A stretch of 64,000 nucleotides of DNA. Source: Octopus sinensis. Taxonomy: Eukaryota. Positions 27,507-37,964 of this stretch are shown here, piece after piece (within the stretch, counting starts at the first letter, position 1; each line of letters begins with the position of its first letter). The stretch covers positions 87,296,001-87,360,000 of the forward strand of contig NC_043004.1 in NCBI RefSeq assembly GCF_006345805.1, read 5' to 3'. Made by a program: the position numbers and the translations under genes. Under the pieces are notes generated by a model that did not search any database, was not told the DNA's origin, and saw only the letters and a program-made list of their open reading frames with translations.

Positions 27507-28089
27507 CAGTATACATGTGTGTTGATGGGGACAAGTTTATATGTAGTCATATATATTTATAAATAGTATGTGTGTGTGTAGTTTAATGTGTTACACCCAT
27601 ATTCATATCAACAAAGGCTAAACAGTTAGGCTTAGAATAAGTTTTCCCTCACAGTAAAAAGCCTAATGTCTTATTTTATATTTAAAACATAAATTAAAAT
27701 ATAAACAATTTCATAAATATATCTTAATGTCTTAAAGACATGAGACACATTTGAGGTGTTTATAGTTTTTCGATACAATTATCTGGACTTATTATAATTT
27801 TGTATTTTTACAACCTAAATTAAGGCGTTAAATGTGTCTGGGGTAAGTTTATATTAAGGATTAAAACATTGATATCGTCGATAAAACATTAGAAATGAAA
27901 TAAAAAATCTCTTTTATAAAGATATCAAACGGAAATAACATTGCTTTGCCGACATAAACAATAATTGGAGGAAGACAAAGTAAAACAAATGGGGTGATTT
28001 AAAGCGAATAAACGTCGACTGGATTAATATGAAGATATAGGAATGAACTAACCTGCTCCATGGGAGTTTTGTGGTATCTGGGCAAACAT
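9137..28089 (-). CDS. VPS28: Vacuolar protein sorting 28 (ESCRT-I subunit), complete, 223 aa: complement(join(28053..28089,22641..22669,17128..17165,16652..16741,13959..14064,12418..12519,12066..12119,9970..10061,9137..9260))
   Basis: Nine exons total 672 nt in one frame: [59 protein letters not shown]...[12 protein letters not shown]...[24 protein letters not shown]...[30 protein letters not shown]...[11 protein letters not shown]...[23 protein letters not shown]. Close match to known VPS28 proteins. Confidence 0.97.
9330..9656 (-). mobile_element. SINE family A, diverged
   Basis: Same body as 2191-2557. Confidence 0.75.
9970..10061 (-). CDS. VPS28: VPS28 exon 8 ([31 protein letters not shown])
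   Basis: attttag acceptor, gtttgt donor, 92 nt. Confidence 0.96.
11428..11577 (+). mobile_element. Family B retroposon 3' part with (GAT)n tail
   Basis: cacccactacactcacggagtggttggcgttaggaagg...gcatggaaagcggacgttaaacgatgatgatga; similar copies at 20640-20836 and 32700-32845. Confidence 0.85.
12066..12119 (-). CDS. VPS28: VPS28 exon 7 ([18 protein letters not shown])
   Basis: ctttcag acceptor, gtaagc donor, 54 nt. Confidence 0.96.
12418..12519 (-). CDS. VPS28: VPS28 exon 6 ([34 protein letters not shown])
   Basis: tatctag acceptor, gtaagt donor, 102 nt. Confidence 0.96.
13959..14064 (-). CDS. VPS28: VPS28 exon 5 ([35 protein letters not shown])
   Basis: ttaccag acceptor, gtaagt donor, 106 nt. 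Confidence 0.95.
14268..14486. mobile_element. piggyBac-type MITE
   Basis: TIRs ccctttag / ctaaaggg flanked by TTAA on both sides; related copies near 45984-46165 and 55277-55480. Confidence 0.8.
14700..15100 (+). mobile_element. RTE LINE relic (RT region)
   Basis: Degraded [26 protein letters not shown]...[13 protein letters not shown]. Confidence 0.6.
15170..15345 (-). mobile_element. tRNA-derived SINE, family C
   Basis: Reverse complement of the 28777-29008 element (gagctggcagaatcgttagcacgccgggcgaaatgc...). Confidence 0.85.
16652..16741 (-). CDS. VPS28: VPS28 exon 4 ([30 protein letters not shown])
   Basis: tttcag acceptor, gtttgt donor, 90 nt. Confidence 0.95.
17128..17165 (-). CDS. 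VPS28: VPS28 exon 3 ([13 protein letters not shown])
   Basis: tttgtag acceptor, gtaagt donor, 38 nt. Confidence 0.93.
18815..19010 (-). mobile_element. SINE family C
   Basis: cgaccccgaaaggatgaaaagcaaagtcgacctcgg core; another copy at 24495-24690. Confidence 0.85.
19665..19712. repeat. (TC)n microsatellite
   Basis: Direct dinucleotide run. Confidence 0.9.
22641..22669 (-). CDS. VPS28: VPS28 exon 2 ([10 protein letters not shown])
   Basis: ttttccag acceptor, gtaagt donor, 29 nt. Confidence 0.9.
24970..25131. mobile_element. Tigger/pogo-type MITE
   Basis: Imperfect 21-bp TIRs ctgtattttaacatgtataag / cttatacacattaatatacag, TA on both sides. Confidence 0.7.
25245..25612 (+). mobile_element. 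tRNA-derived SINE, family D
   Basis: Head ggcccagcagttagggtagcgg...ggtttcgatctcc; related to 45597-45885. Confidence 0.75.
27170..27505. repeat. Complex (TA)n/(CA)n minisatellite with recurring gacacatacgtac units
   Basis: Direct inspection; explains the spurious YIYI/VCVC ORFs. Confidence 0.9.
28053..28089 (-). CDS. VPS28: VPS28 coding exon 1 ([12 protein letters not shown])
   Basis: ATG at 28089-28087, gttagt donor, 37 nt, phase 1; resembles human MFHGIPATPGIG. Confidence 0.85.
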
Positions 28090-28776
28090 TGTCTCCTCCA
28101 CAAACTAGCAGGAGGAAGACAAGACGAACGAACACACTTTGGATGGGAGAAGAAACAGTCTGGACAAAATTGGAGGAAGAACGATAAATCTGGGTGGCTT
28201 TGAGATCTGACAATGAATCATCAAAATTACAGTAGCACTTAAGTGCAATAATATCGAACGGCGTTTTTAAACATTTTAACTGTCGGCGAATGAACTTCAA
28301 AAATAAGTACGAGTTGAGCACTGACATCGATGTAATCGATTAGCCCTTCCTCCCGTCCATATTTTAGGTCTTTGCCTTTCATCCTTCCAGGTCAATAAAA
28401 TAAGTACCAGTCGATGTAATTGATTTACTCCCTCCCCTGAAATTGCTGGCCCTGTCCCCAAATTTGAAACCAATATTATTATAATTAATATTCAATGGTA
28501 TATTTGTGAGATGAGGGATTTGTATTATGTATACTGTTTATATTAGTCGGATTGGTGTCCTAATCTTGATTGTTGATTTCCCTGTTTCAGCTGTTGTACA
28601 CTCCAGACCTCTTAAGGTGTCTTGTGTTGAACTTGGGTGTTATATCTGGATTTCAAACCAAACCCTTTATTTGATTCATGGGATACACTGTTCTCATTCT
28701 GCTCCATGTTTTGTAACATATTTTGCTTCAGTTGATTTTTTTGTGAGGTATGGGCATAGGGTAGTAGATAAAGACA

Positions 28777-29008
28777 AGGCGGCGAGCTGGCAGAATCGTT
28801 AGCACGCGGGCAAAATGCTTAGCAGTATTTCGTCTTCCGCTACGTTCTGAGTTCAAATTCCACCAAGGTCGACTTTGCCTTTCATCCTTTCGGGGTTGAT
28901 TAAATAAGTACCAGTTACGCACTGGGGTCGATATAATCAACTTAATCTGTTTGTCCTATCCTTGTTTGTCCCTTCTGTGTTTAGCCCCTTGTGGGTAGTA
29001 AAAAAATA
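28777..29008 (+). mobile_element. Full-length SINE family C with 17-bp target-site duplication
   Basis: A/B-box-like head; ggtagtagataaagaca at 28760-28776 and again at 29009-29025. Confidence 0.92.
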
Positions 29009-29612
29009 GGTAGTAGATAAAGACATTGGTTAATGTAGTGCAGTCACCTAGAGGTTCTGAGTTCAATCCCAAGAAAGACACTAAGGTAATTCACAAAAAA
29101 AAAAAGAAAATCAACTGAAGCAAGAAGTGTCATAAAATTCAGAGAGCAGCATGAGAACAGTATACCCCCATGGATCAATTAAAGAATTAGGTTTGAAATT
29201 CCAATACAACAACCAAGTGCAACATAAGACACCCAAAGAAGGCTGGAGTACAACAGCTGAAAGAGTGAAAACAAGATGAGGACACCAGTTCGACTAATAT
29301 AAACAGTATACATATTTTTGTTGTTCTTGCTTTATTCCAAGTCTCACCCGGAGACCTTGAGTAAGTTTGACATTTTGTTGTGGATGTTATTTATGAGTCT
29401 TTTATATGATTTATGTAGATAAATCTGTATGCCTGCAACCTTATGGTCAGCAAAGATCAACAAGAGCTGCCTTCATGCAATCACTCCATTAATGTCTCTT
29501 CAATCAGCAATGTTATCAGGTCAATTCGATTAGATATAATATGTTCCTTATATGGTCAATATGTTCAATTGAATTAACCTTCTCTCACTAAGATTCCATG
29601 ATATTGATTCTC

Positions 29613-30175
29613 TTTTACTCTCTTTTACTTGTTTCAGTCATTTGACTGTGGCCATGCTGGAGCACCGCCTTTAGTCGAGCAAATCAACCCCGGGACTTAT
29701 TCTTTGTAAGCCTAGTACTTATTCTATCGGTCTCTTTTGCCAAATCACTAAGTTATGGGGATGTAAACACACCAGCATCGGTTGTCAAGCAATGTTGGGG
29801 GGACAAACACAGACACACACATACATATATATATATATAAAGTTAATCCAAACATGAAAGCACAAAAAAACACAACAACGCGAGGATGTGGAACAAATAT
29901 AGTATTATTGGACGCTCAGGAAAGAAGGAAAGAAGGAAAGAAGGAGGGTTTAACGTTTCGAGCGGAGCTTTTCGTCGGAAACATAGAAGGAAAGATCCAG
30001 AGAAGGGAAGACAGAGGGAAAAAAAAATCACCAACGTCTACCAAATCCACTCACAAGGCTTTGGTCAGCCCGAGGCTATAGCAGAAGACACTTGCTCAAG
30101 GTGCCACACAGTGGGACTGAATCTGGAACCATGTGGTTGGTAAGCAAGATACTTACCACACAACTACTCCTACAC
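29613..30175 (-). mobile_element. SINE family A carrying a ~200-bp foreign insert
   Basis: SINE halves flank 29840-30036, which contains taacgtttcgagcggagcttttcgtcggaaa. Confidence 0.8.
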
Positions 30176-31599
30176 CTATGATTACAAAAATAATCAATAT
30201 AATGAAATCTTAGTGAGAGAAAAGCCTTTGAATTATTGCAGGAAAAAAAATTACTTTTTCATTTTTGTGTATTAGGAATTTGATGATATGAACTGTGTTG
30301 TTCATGAGTAGAAGGTTGAGGGAAGAATGAATGGTGATATCTTCAGCACTAGAGTACTTATTGCTGTTTAGCTCAAGGCACACTCTAATTGAACAGATCT
30401 ATGATCTAAGGAATTCTTGTCACGATAATCCAGTATTTTTTAGGAATATTTTAGATATTGCTTTATCTAATGTTTTCTTCACTATTTTTAAGATATGATT
30501 TAAGGGATATTTAGTTGTTATTGCTAACAGTTCAAGCAACTGCAAATATTTTCCTCCCTTTCGGCCCATAGCAGTGTATGTGGTTGGAGATGGTAGCAAA
30601 CCTCCAGCTGATATTTGGTATAATATGTCAGATGCTCCTCAATCACCCAGTTCATGTCTTTTCCCTGCTTAATTCAATATTATGATTGAGGATCTCAAAA
30701 AAAATCAATATTTCAAAAAGCAGGAAATCAATACTGTCAGAAATCATGTTACTGTTTCTCTTTTCCATCCTGTGTTACCAATTCAGCATTGTTTTTTTTT
30801 TTGTTTTTTTTTCTAGCATTGTTTTTAATTGCTCATGACAATAAGACAAAAAAGAAAAAGAAAAGAAAGCCTCCTTACCTTCCATTTCCAATCATGTGTG
30901 ATTGCTTTATCTTATTGTGAAAACATTGGGAACATTCTCTGTAATTAAAAGTTACAAGTTCATAAAACAGTGCCAAATGCTCGGAGCAAATAAGAAAATA
31001 ACATCGGATAAAATTAATATGTATTATGATATGGAACAGAATTTTAAAGATATAATAAAATATTTGAATAGTTTTTTTTTTATCTATCTTTATCATTATT
31101 GACCTCAAATTACTTAAGCTATTAAACTCTATCAATAAATCCGCCCCCACCACCACCACCACCACTTTTTTCCATCTACCAAATCCACTCATGTGACTTC
31201 AGTTTGCCTGGGGTTATAGTAAAAAAAAGAACACTTTCCCAAGATGACATGATGTGGGACTGAACCTGAGACCGTGCAGTTGGGAAACAGCCATATGATT
31301 TGGTTTCAGGTTTATAACAACACAGTCATAAAAGCTTTTATTTGATTTGGCTTTTCTCCACCTCTTTGATTCTATCTCCTTAGCATTTCTCATTTCAGTA
31401 ATTATAATTTCACTTTTATAATGACTTAATGATTATAAATTTTGTAATTATTAAGAATTTCTTTTTCTTTCATGTACATAAGAAAGAATATTTATCAAGA
31501 TTTTTTCTGAATTGTTAGAAAGGGGTTTATAAGCTTTTAATTCTGTGGCAAACAAAAGACTTATGGTAAAACACTGCAATGGATATGAAAGATAATCTT

Positions 31600-32600
31600 T
31601 TTAACTGGTTGGAGTCCTTCATTCTTAGCCAAAAAGAAGTAGTCATGGTTCTAAGATAGCATTCTTCACCCTATGAGATATCATCTGGTGTACTGCAGGG
31701 ATCTGTTCTTAGTCCCCTTTTGTTTGTTGCATACATTAATGACATTAATGCCAACTTAAAGAATGCCATAGTGCTGAAATATGCAGATGACATCAAGCTG
31801 TACCTTGAGATAAAAAGGACAGGTCCTGAACACTATAGATCTTTCCTGCAGTTGGACCTGGACACAATGCAGCGATGGATCACAGATTGGCAACTCAAGC
31901 TGGCTGTGGACAAGTGTACCACCATGTATTTTGGGAGGAAAAACCCAGCATCTACATACTCTTTCCACAACCCTAAGAAGTCTTCTTGTGAACATGACCT
32001 GGGCATTACTGTCAGCAGTGATTTACGCTGGACAAAGCACATCTCTAAAATTGTTGAGAAGGCTGAGGGGGGTCTTGGCATCACTCAGCAAGACCTTTGT
32101 CAGCCACTCCCCAGCTATCTATTTAACGCTGTATATGGCTATGGTGTTGTCACACTTGGAATTTGCATCTCCAGTCTGGAATCCTTATCTTGCTCAGGAC
32201 ATTGACTTCCTGGAAACTATTCAGAGATGTGCAACCAAGCGAATACCCTCCATCAGGCATCTAGCGTACTCTGAATGCCTTGCTTCCCTGGGCATAGATA
32301 CAATGAAGCTCTGATGTTTGGCAACAGACTTGGTATATACCCACAAAATTATTAACCATTGTGCCAACAACCACCTTGAGCACCTTTTTGAGCTCCATGT
32401 GTTTAACACGTGGGCATGCCTACAAAGTCAGAAAACAACACAGCTCCCATGACTTTAGGAAACATCTTTTCACACTCAGAGTTGCTGAAGCATGGAACAA
32501 ACTACCTTCATCAGTTGTTAGTTGCCAGGCCATTGCATCCTTCAAAACGTCCATGCTTCCTGAAATTCACCAACACTAACACCTGATATCCCCCACTCCA
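31600..32600 (+). mobile_element. CR1/Jockey-group LINE relic (RT C-terminal half, frameshifted)
   Basis: GVLQGSVLSPLLFVAYIND...LKYADDIKLY; LEFASPVWNPYLAQDIDFLETIQRCATKRI; TRGHAYKV...FTLRVAEAWNKLP. Confidence 0.9.
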
Positions 32601-32851
32601 TATGCATGCACAAATGTATATCATGACTCATACACTGTTCACTTTCCTGACTTTTGTACATAATTCTATGTACCATACATGCACCTTTGATGAGTTGGTA
32701 AGTAGTGGTTGGCGTTAGGAAGGGCATTCAGCTGAAGAAACACTGCCAGATTAGACTGGGCCTGGTGCAGCCTCCTGGCTTCCCGGACCCCAGTTGAATC
32801 ATCCAACCCATGGAAAGCAGACGTTAAACGATGATCATGATGATGAATTTA

Positions 32852-33245
32852 AGGTGCAGGAATGGCTGTGTGGTAAGTAGCTTGCTTACCAACTACATGG
32901 TTCTGGGTTCAGTCCCACTGTGTGGCACCTTGGGCAAGTGTCTTCTACTATAGCCTTGGGCTGACCAAAGCCTTGTGAGTGGATTTGGTAGAGGGAAACT
33001 GAAAGAAGCCCGTCGTGTATATGTATGTCTTTGTCCCCCCAACATCACTTGACAACCGATGCTGGTGTGTTTATGTCCCCGTAACTTTTAATAGTTTTTT
33101 TAATAGTTTTTTTAATAGTTCAGCAAAAGAGACCAATAGAATAAGTACTAGGCTTACAAAGAATAAGTCCTGGTGTTGATTTGCTCGACTAATAGGCTGT
33201 GTTCCAGCATGGCCATAGTCAAATGACTGAAACAAGTAAAAGAGT
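32852..33245 (+). mobile_element. Full-length SINE family A
   Basis: Matches 3352-3755; contains an internal tandem ttttaatagtt expansion. Confidence 0.88.
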
Positions 33246-34682
33246 GATATAAATGATTTACTGTGTTGGCTATCAAGGAAAGAAAAATGCAGATAGTATA
33301 ACCACCAGTTGGGAGGAGAAAACCATGCTGTGTCTTGTTGAAGGCTAGCTGCTGTACATTGTGTCCAAAGCCATCTCTTCCTCAAGGTGGCCTGTTTGGG
33401 GAGTTAGGTACCAAACTGCTTAAGGAGGGTAAAAAGGGGACAGATTTTAGAACATTCAAGAATCCATATCATGCTGCAACTTCATGCTGATTGATCAATT
33501 TATAGATCAATCATACTCGTGATCTCTAACTGATTATTTTGCGGTTGGGGTTCAAACCCCTAACAACCCATCATAGACAACCTGCAATCTAATCCTCTCT
33601 ATGTGTACAAGTATGGAAGCATGGTTGAGAAATTTGCTTTACAAACATAATTCTGGGTTTAACTCCACTGAGTGGCATTTCAAGAAAGGAACTTCTAGAG
33701 CAGTGTTGAATTAATCCAAGTCTTGGGAGTGAAATTCTATAGACAGAAACCGTATGAAAGTTTGAATTTACTATATCTGTTCTTGGGTGGCAAACTTAAT
33801 CCATCACCTGGTTTGATCCCACCATCTGACCCTTGGATAACTTTAGCAGAGCTCACTTTGTCTGCAAGCATGAGAAACAAATTTCTGCATTGAGGATAAC
33901 TTGTGAGCCATGATTTCTTTCTCTCATTTTCTTTATAGTTCACTGAGACATTACAAAAGACCAGGAGTGCTGTCCTCACTCATCTGATTACCATATTTAA
34001 TGGCTTAAAAGGTGCATATTTCTTTTAAAATGTCTCAAAGAATCACTCTGAGTGTTATATGCGAAGTTGAGCCTCTCATTAGCCGATATTATTCCTGACA
34101 AATATGTGTGGCTGCAATTAGAATACATCTAACATGCCCATTTGTCTTTTATGCCATCAGATAAAGTAAGTCATAAAGACAATTTACAGACATTAATGGA
34201 ATCTTTTTCAAAAGGAAAAGATCCCATTATTGTTATAATCTGTATTTTTCAGTCAGTTAATGAGGTCAATGTTAACCAGTCTCAAACTGGTTTCGACCAT
34301 TATTATACATAATGAACGGGAATTGTAAAAGGATAAAAATAAAAAAAACCTTATGAATGCTATTTTCTTTTCTCTGTCAACTTCCTATGAAAATCAGAAT
34401 TTTATAGTTTGCTCACATTTTGATAGCAAGGTGCAAAATCATTTGGTGACATAATTACACTTGTTCACATGTGTAAATTCCATCTCACGTTTTACTTCAT
34501 CAAAGCTATCTTATGTTAGTTTTTATGTAAATCTTATGATCACAATACAACAGTAAAACTGATATTCTTTCTCTCTTTTACACACACACACACACATACA
34601 CATATGCAGACATATGTATAGTATATACGAACATACATACATCCAAGCATGCATGCTTACATACATATACACACACACAGAG

Positions 34683-35118
34683 TGCTGTGTGGTAAGTAGC
34701 TTGCTTACCAACCACATGGTTCCAGGTTCAGTCCCACTGCGTGGCACCTTGGGCAAGTGTCTTCTACTATAGCCTCAGGCCGACCAAACCCTTGTGAGTG
34801 GATTTGGTAGATGGAAACTGAAAGAAGCCCGTCGTATATATATGTGTGTGTGTATATATATATATATATGTGTGTGTGTGTATGTATCTATGTATGTATG
34901 TGTGTGTGTGTGTATGTTTGTGTGTCTGTGTTTGTCCCCCCAACATCGCTTGACAACCGATGCTGGTGTGTTTATGCCCCCGTAACTTAGCGCTTTGGCA
35001 AAAGTGACTGATAGAATAAGTACTAGGCTTACAAAGAATAAGTCCTGGGGGGTCAATTTGCTCGACTAAAGGCAGTGCTCCAGCATGGCCACAGTCAAAT
35101 GACTGAAACATGTAAAAG
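34683..35118 (+). mobile_element. SINE family A with expanded central TA/TG microsatellite
   Basis: Matches 3352-3755. Confidence 0.88.
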
Positions 35119-35671
35119 ATATGTTTATATATGTGTGTGTGTGTGTGTGTGTGTGCGTGTGTATAAGTGTCTGCAGGTGTGTGGGTACAGTAGGATTGAC
35201 GCAGCCATTAAGTCAGTTTCACAGAGGAGTGATAAATAGGATTCACTTGTGTCTGGCAACTTTTATCTTTTACTTGTTTCAGTAATTGGACTGTAGTCAT
35301 GTTGGGGCACTACTTTGAAAGGTTTAGTCAAACAAACTGACCCCATTACTTACTTTTAAAGCTAAGTACTTGTTCTATTGGTCTCTTTTTGCTGAACTGT
35401 TAATTTGTGGAAATAAACAAACACTGGTTGTCAAGCAATGACTACACAAACACATGCTCATACACTGGACAGATCTGTGGGAACTGGAACCTTTCTGTAT
35501 CTCCTTCCTTCTACAAGCAGTGTATGACACACTCCCATGGCCCACAAACCTGCACAGAGGAGGTTTGAAAGAGAACCAGCTGTGTAGATTTTATGGAGAA
35601 AGGGACACCCTGGCACACATCTTGTCAGGGTGCAAATTAGCACTTAGGCAAAATACAAGTGGCATCATGAC

Positions 35672-36092
35672 CAGCAGTGGATTAACCATTAAGCAAAATA
35701 AGCATGTGCTTAGGGCATCAAAGCAAGGGGAGAACCACAGAAATAATAAATGGTTTACTCCACAAAAGAAATCACTCTAAACTTGCTATAGTAACATTTG
35801 GAATGCCTTATCCCTACTAATTAGAGAAGCAGATGTGTTATGTAAGATTAATTTTGAAGGTCTGGTCAAAGACATGGCAATTTTAAGAAAGTAGACAACT
35901 TTTCAATTATAAAGAAAGTGGAAATATAGAAAAATAAATATTAGTTTCCATTTTACTGTTAGTTTTCTTTCATTTTGAAAACTAAAATTTTACTTCATGG
36001 TTTATTATGGTTTATATTTTGAATTACATATATATGGGGGTACCAAAGCCTTTTAAGTGCTTTGGGCCTCTATGGGTCTTAATCCAGCTCTC
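35672..36092. mobile_element. hAT-like non-autonomous element with 8-bp TSD
   Basis: Ends cagcagtggattaa / ttaatccagctctc; ATCATGAC at 35664-35671 and 36093-36100. Confidence 0.75.
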
Positions 36093-36374
36093 ATCATGAC
36101 AAGGTGTTTGCAACACTTGCTCACACTCTGGAATTAAAAAGGCTCAAGAAACATCATTAGCCGGGGAAAACAACAGCAGTAATCAAGTTCATGAAGGAAA
36201 GAGCTGGATTAAGACCCATAGAGGCCCTAAGCACTTATAAGATTTTGGTGTCCCCATATATATGTAATTCAAAATATAAACCATAATAAACCATAAAGTA
36301 AAATTTTATTTTTCAAAATGAAAGAAAATTAACAGTAAGATGAAAACTAATATTTATTTTTCTATATTTCCACT
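35917..36374. repeat. Long inverted repeat: 175-bp arms (35917-36091 and 36200-36374) with a 108-bp spacer
   Basis: Arms are near-perfect reverse complements on direct comparison. Confidence 0.92.
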
Positions 36375-37913
36375 GAAGACATCAAAAATAACAAATATTC
36401 TGCAACATGGAGTCTAATCATGGGATATGAAAGTAGACCAGGAGAAAGATTGCAGTTTCCCCCGGTTGTCCAGACATCCCTGAGGTGAGATGTAGTTTTG
36501 TGGTCTGAAAAGGCAGAAGAAATAATCTTGATTGAGCTTACTGTCCCATGGGCAAAATAGTGTGATCAATGACAATCATGGCTTTTGCCAATTAAGCTTG
36601 GTTGTAGGGAATTCCCTGGCAAGTTGGTATGGAGGATGCTTGCAACCATCAGAATAAGAGGAATAGAGCGATGGGTGGCTGTGCATAGGATGGGAGAGGC
36701 AGAAAAAAGTGTCTCTTGTTGGTTATAGAACAAGAGGGAGGAGTTAAACTGGACACCTGGAAGAGATGGTGAGCAGTGATTTGTCCACCTCTGCAGACTC
36801 ACCTATGGCAGGATGTTACAGTTCAGGATCAAAACAGCTGATGATTGCTGGATACTGTCTTATGACATCAATTCCTCTTACCCAAAGCTCCATTCATTTT
36901 GGGGAATGGAAAAGAAGCAACTTCTTCAACTTCTTCAGGTGTTCTCTATAACAATATATATCTGACAGGCTTCTGCCCAGCTTTTGTTGGCCAAATCCAC
37001 TACCAAGGCAGTGATCGGTCCAGGGTTATAGTGGAAGACACTTGCCCAAAATGTCATGTAGGACTGAACCCAAAACTTAGTGGTTGCATAGAGTGCTTCT
37101 TAACCACATATCCATGTCAGCAATGATGGGTAATCTTAATTCTAATTAGTTTCAAAATCATGGCGAGTGAAAAGTGTCAACAGTTTCCACTAACCGCTGA
37201 ACAAGTAAAACAACCCTTTTACATCATCGTGACACGTTAGGGTATCCATACAATACAAAGCTAATGGTTAACACATCCATCAGTTCGCGTTTCCGTTTAA
37301 ATTGCATTGGTATTTGCGTGCGTGCGTACGCGTGCGAATGTGTGTGTGTATGTGTGTGTGTGATGAAGTTGCGTAATAAAGCTTGTTTTAAGAAAATAAC
37401 AGCGATAAGAAGTGATAAAAATTTTGAATATTTTATAGTTCAGAATTAGAAGCTTCTAATATAATTCTATTCATCTGTAGAATGCGTTATAGAAATGTAT
37501 ATATCTACCCTACCTCTTGACTAATACTTTATATTAACGACTGAAAAAAATTAGAAACAAAGTTAACCTAGCACAGAACGTAAAGTATTATAATTAAATG
37601 CTGTGGAGCATTTTATCTTACAGTTCTACCATAAAAGATGTTGTCTTTCCATATATATCATTAATTACTACGTTTTTTTTTTCTTGAAACTAATCCTTCC
37701 TTTTAGGATTTTATCAACTCACGTTACGGAATGAAAAAATTTAGAATCTATTTTTTAAATTTCGTTTTCCGTTTCATTTTAAATCTGGAGTTTTTACACA
37801 CCCCTCTCCCCAGGCAATTTATTTCGGTTCATAATAGTTTTCCAGTTCTAAATTTGGAACTGACGTTGACGTAAATAAAAGATTGACATTTAAGTATTGG
37901 TCTTTCTTCAAAG

Positions 37914-37964
37914 ATGGGTCTAACAAGTAGTGCGCTAAAACAAAAAGATCTTGATGAATATCAG
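37914..37964 (+). CDS. CIB1: CIB1-like exon 1 (MGLTSSALKQKDLDEYQ)
   Basis: ATG 37914, gtttga donor, 51 nt; resembles human MGGSGSRLSKELLAEYQ. Confidence 0.88.

Larger units (their letters stand above)
35450..36800 (+). mobile_element. RLE-type (R2/NeSL-like) non-LTR retrotransposon relic: zinc-knuckle and restriction-like endonuclease region
   Basis: WTDLWELEPFCISFLLQAVYDTLPWPTNLH...TLAHILSGCKLAL, KYKWHHD, then LQFPPVVQTSLR*DVVLWSEKAEEIILIELTVPW. Confidence 0.75.

Noticed and set aside
27914-28327. 137-aa ORF overlapping the VPS28 5' region
   Set aside because: Different frame from the true exon 1; likely promoter or 5' UTR sequence
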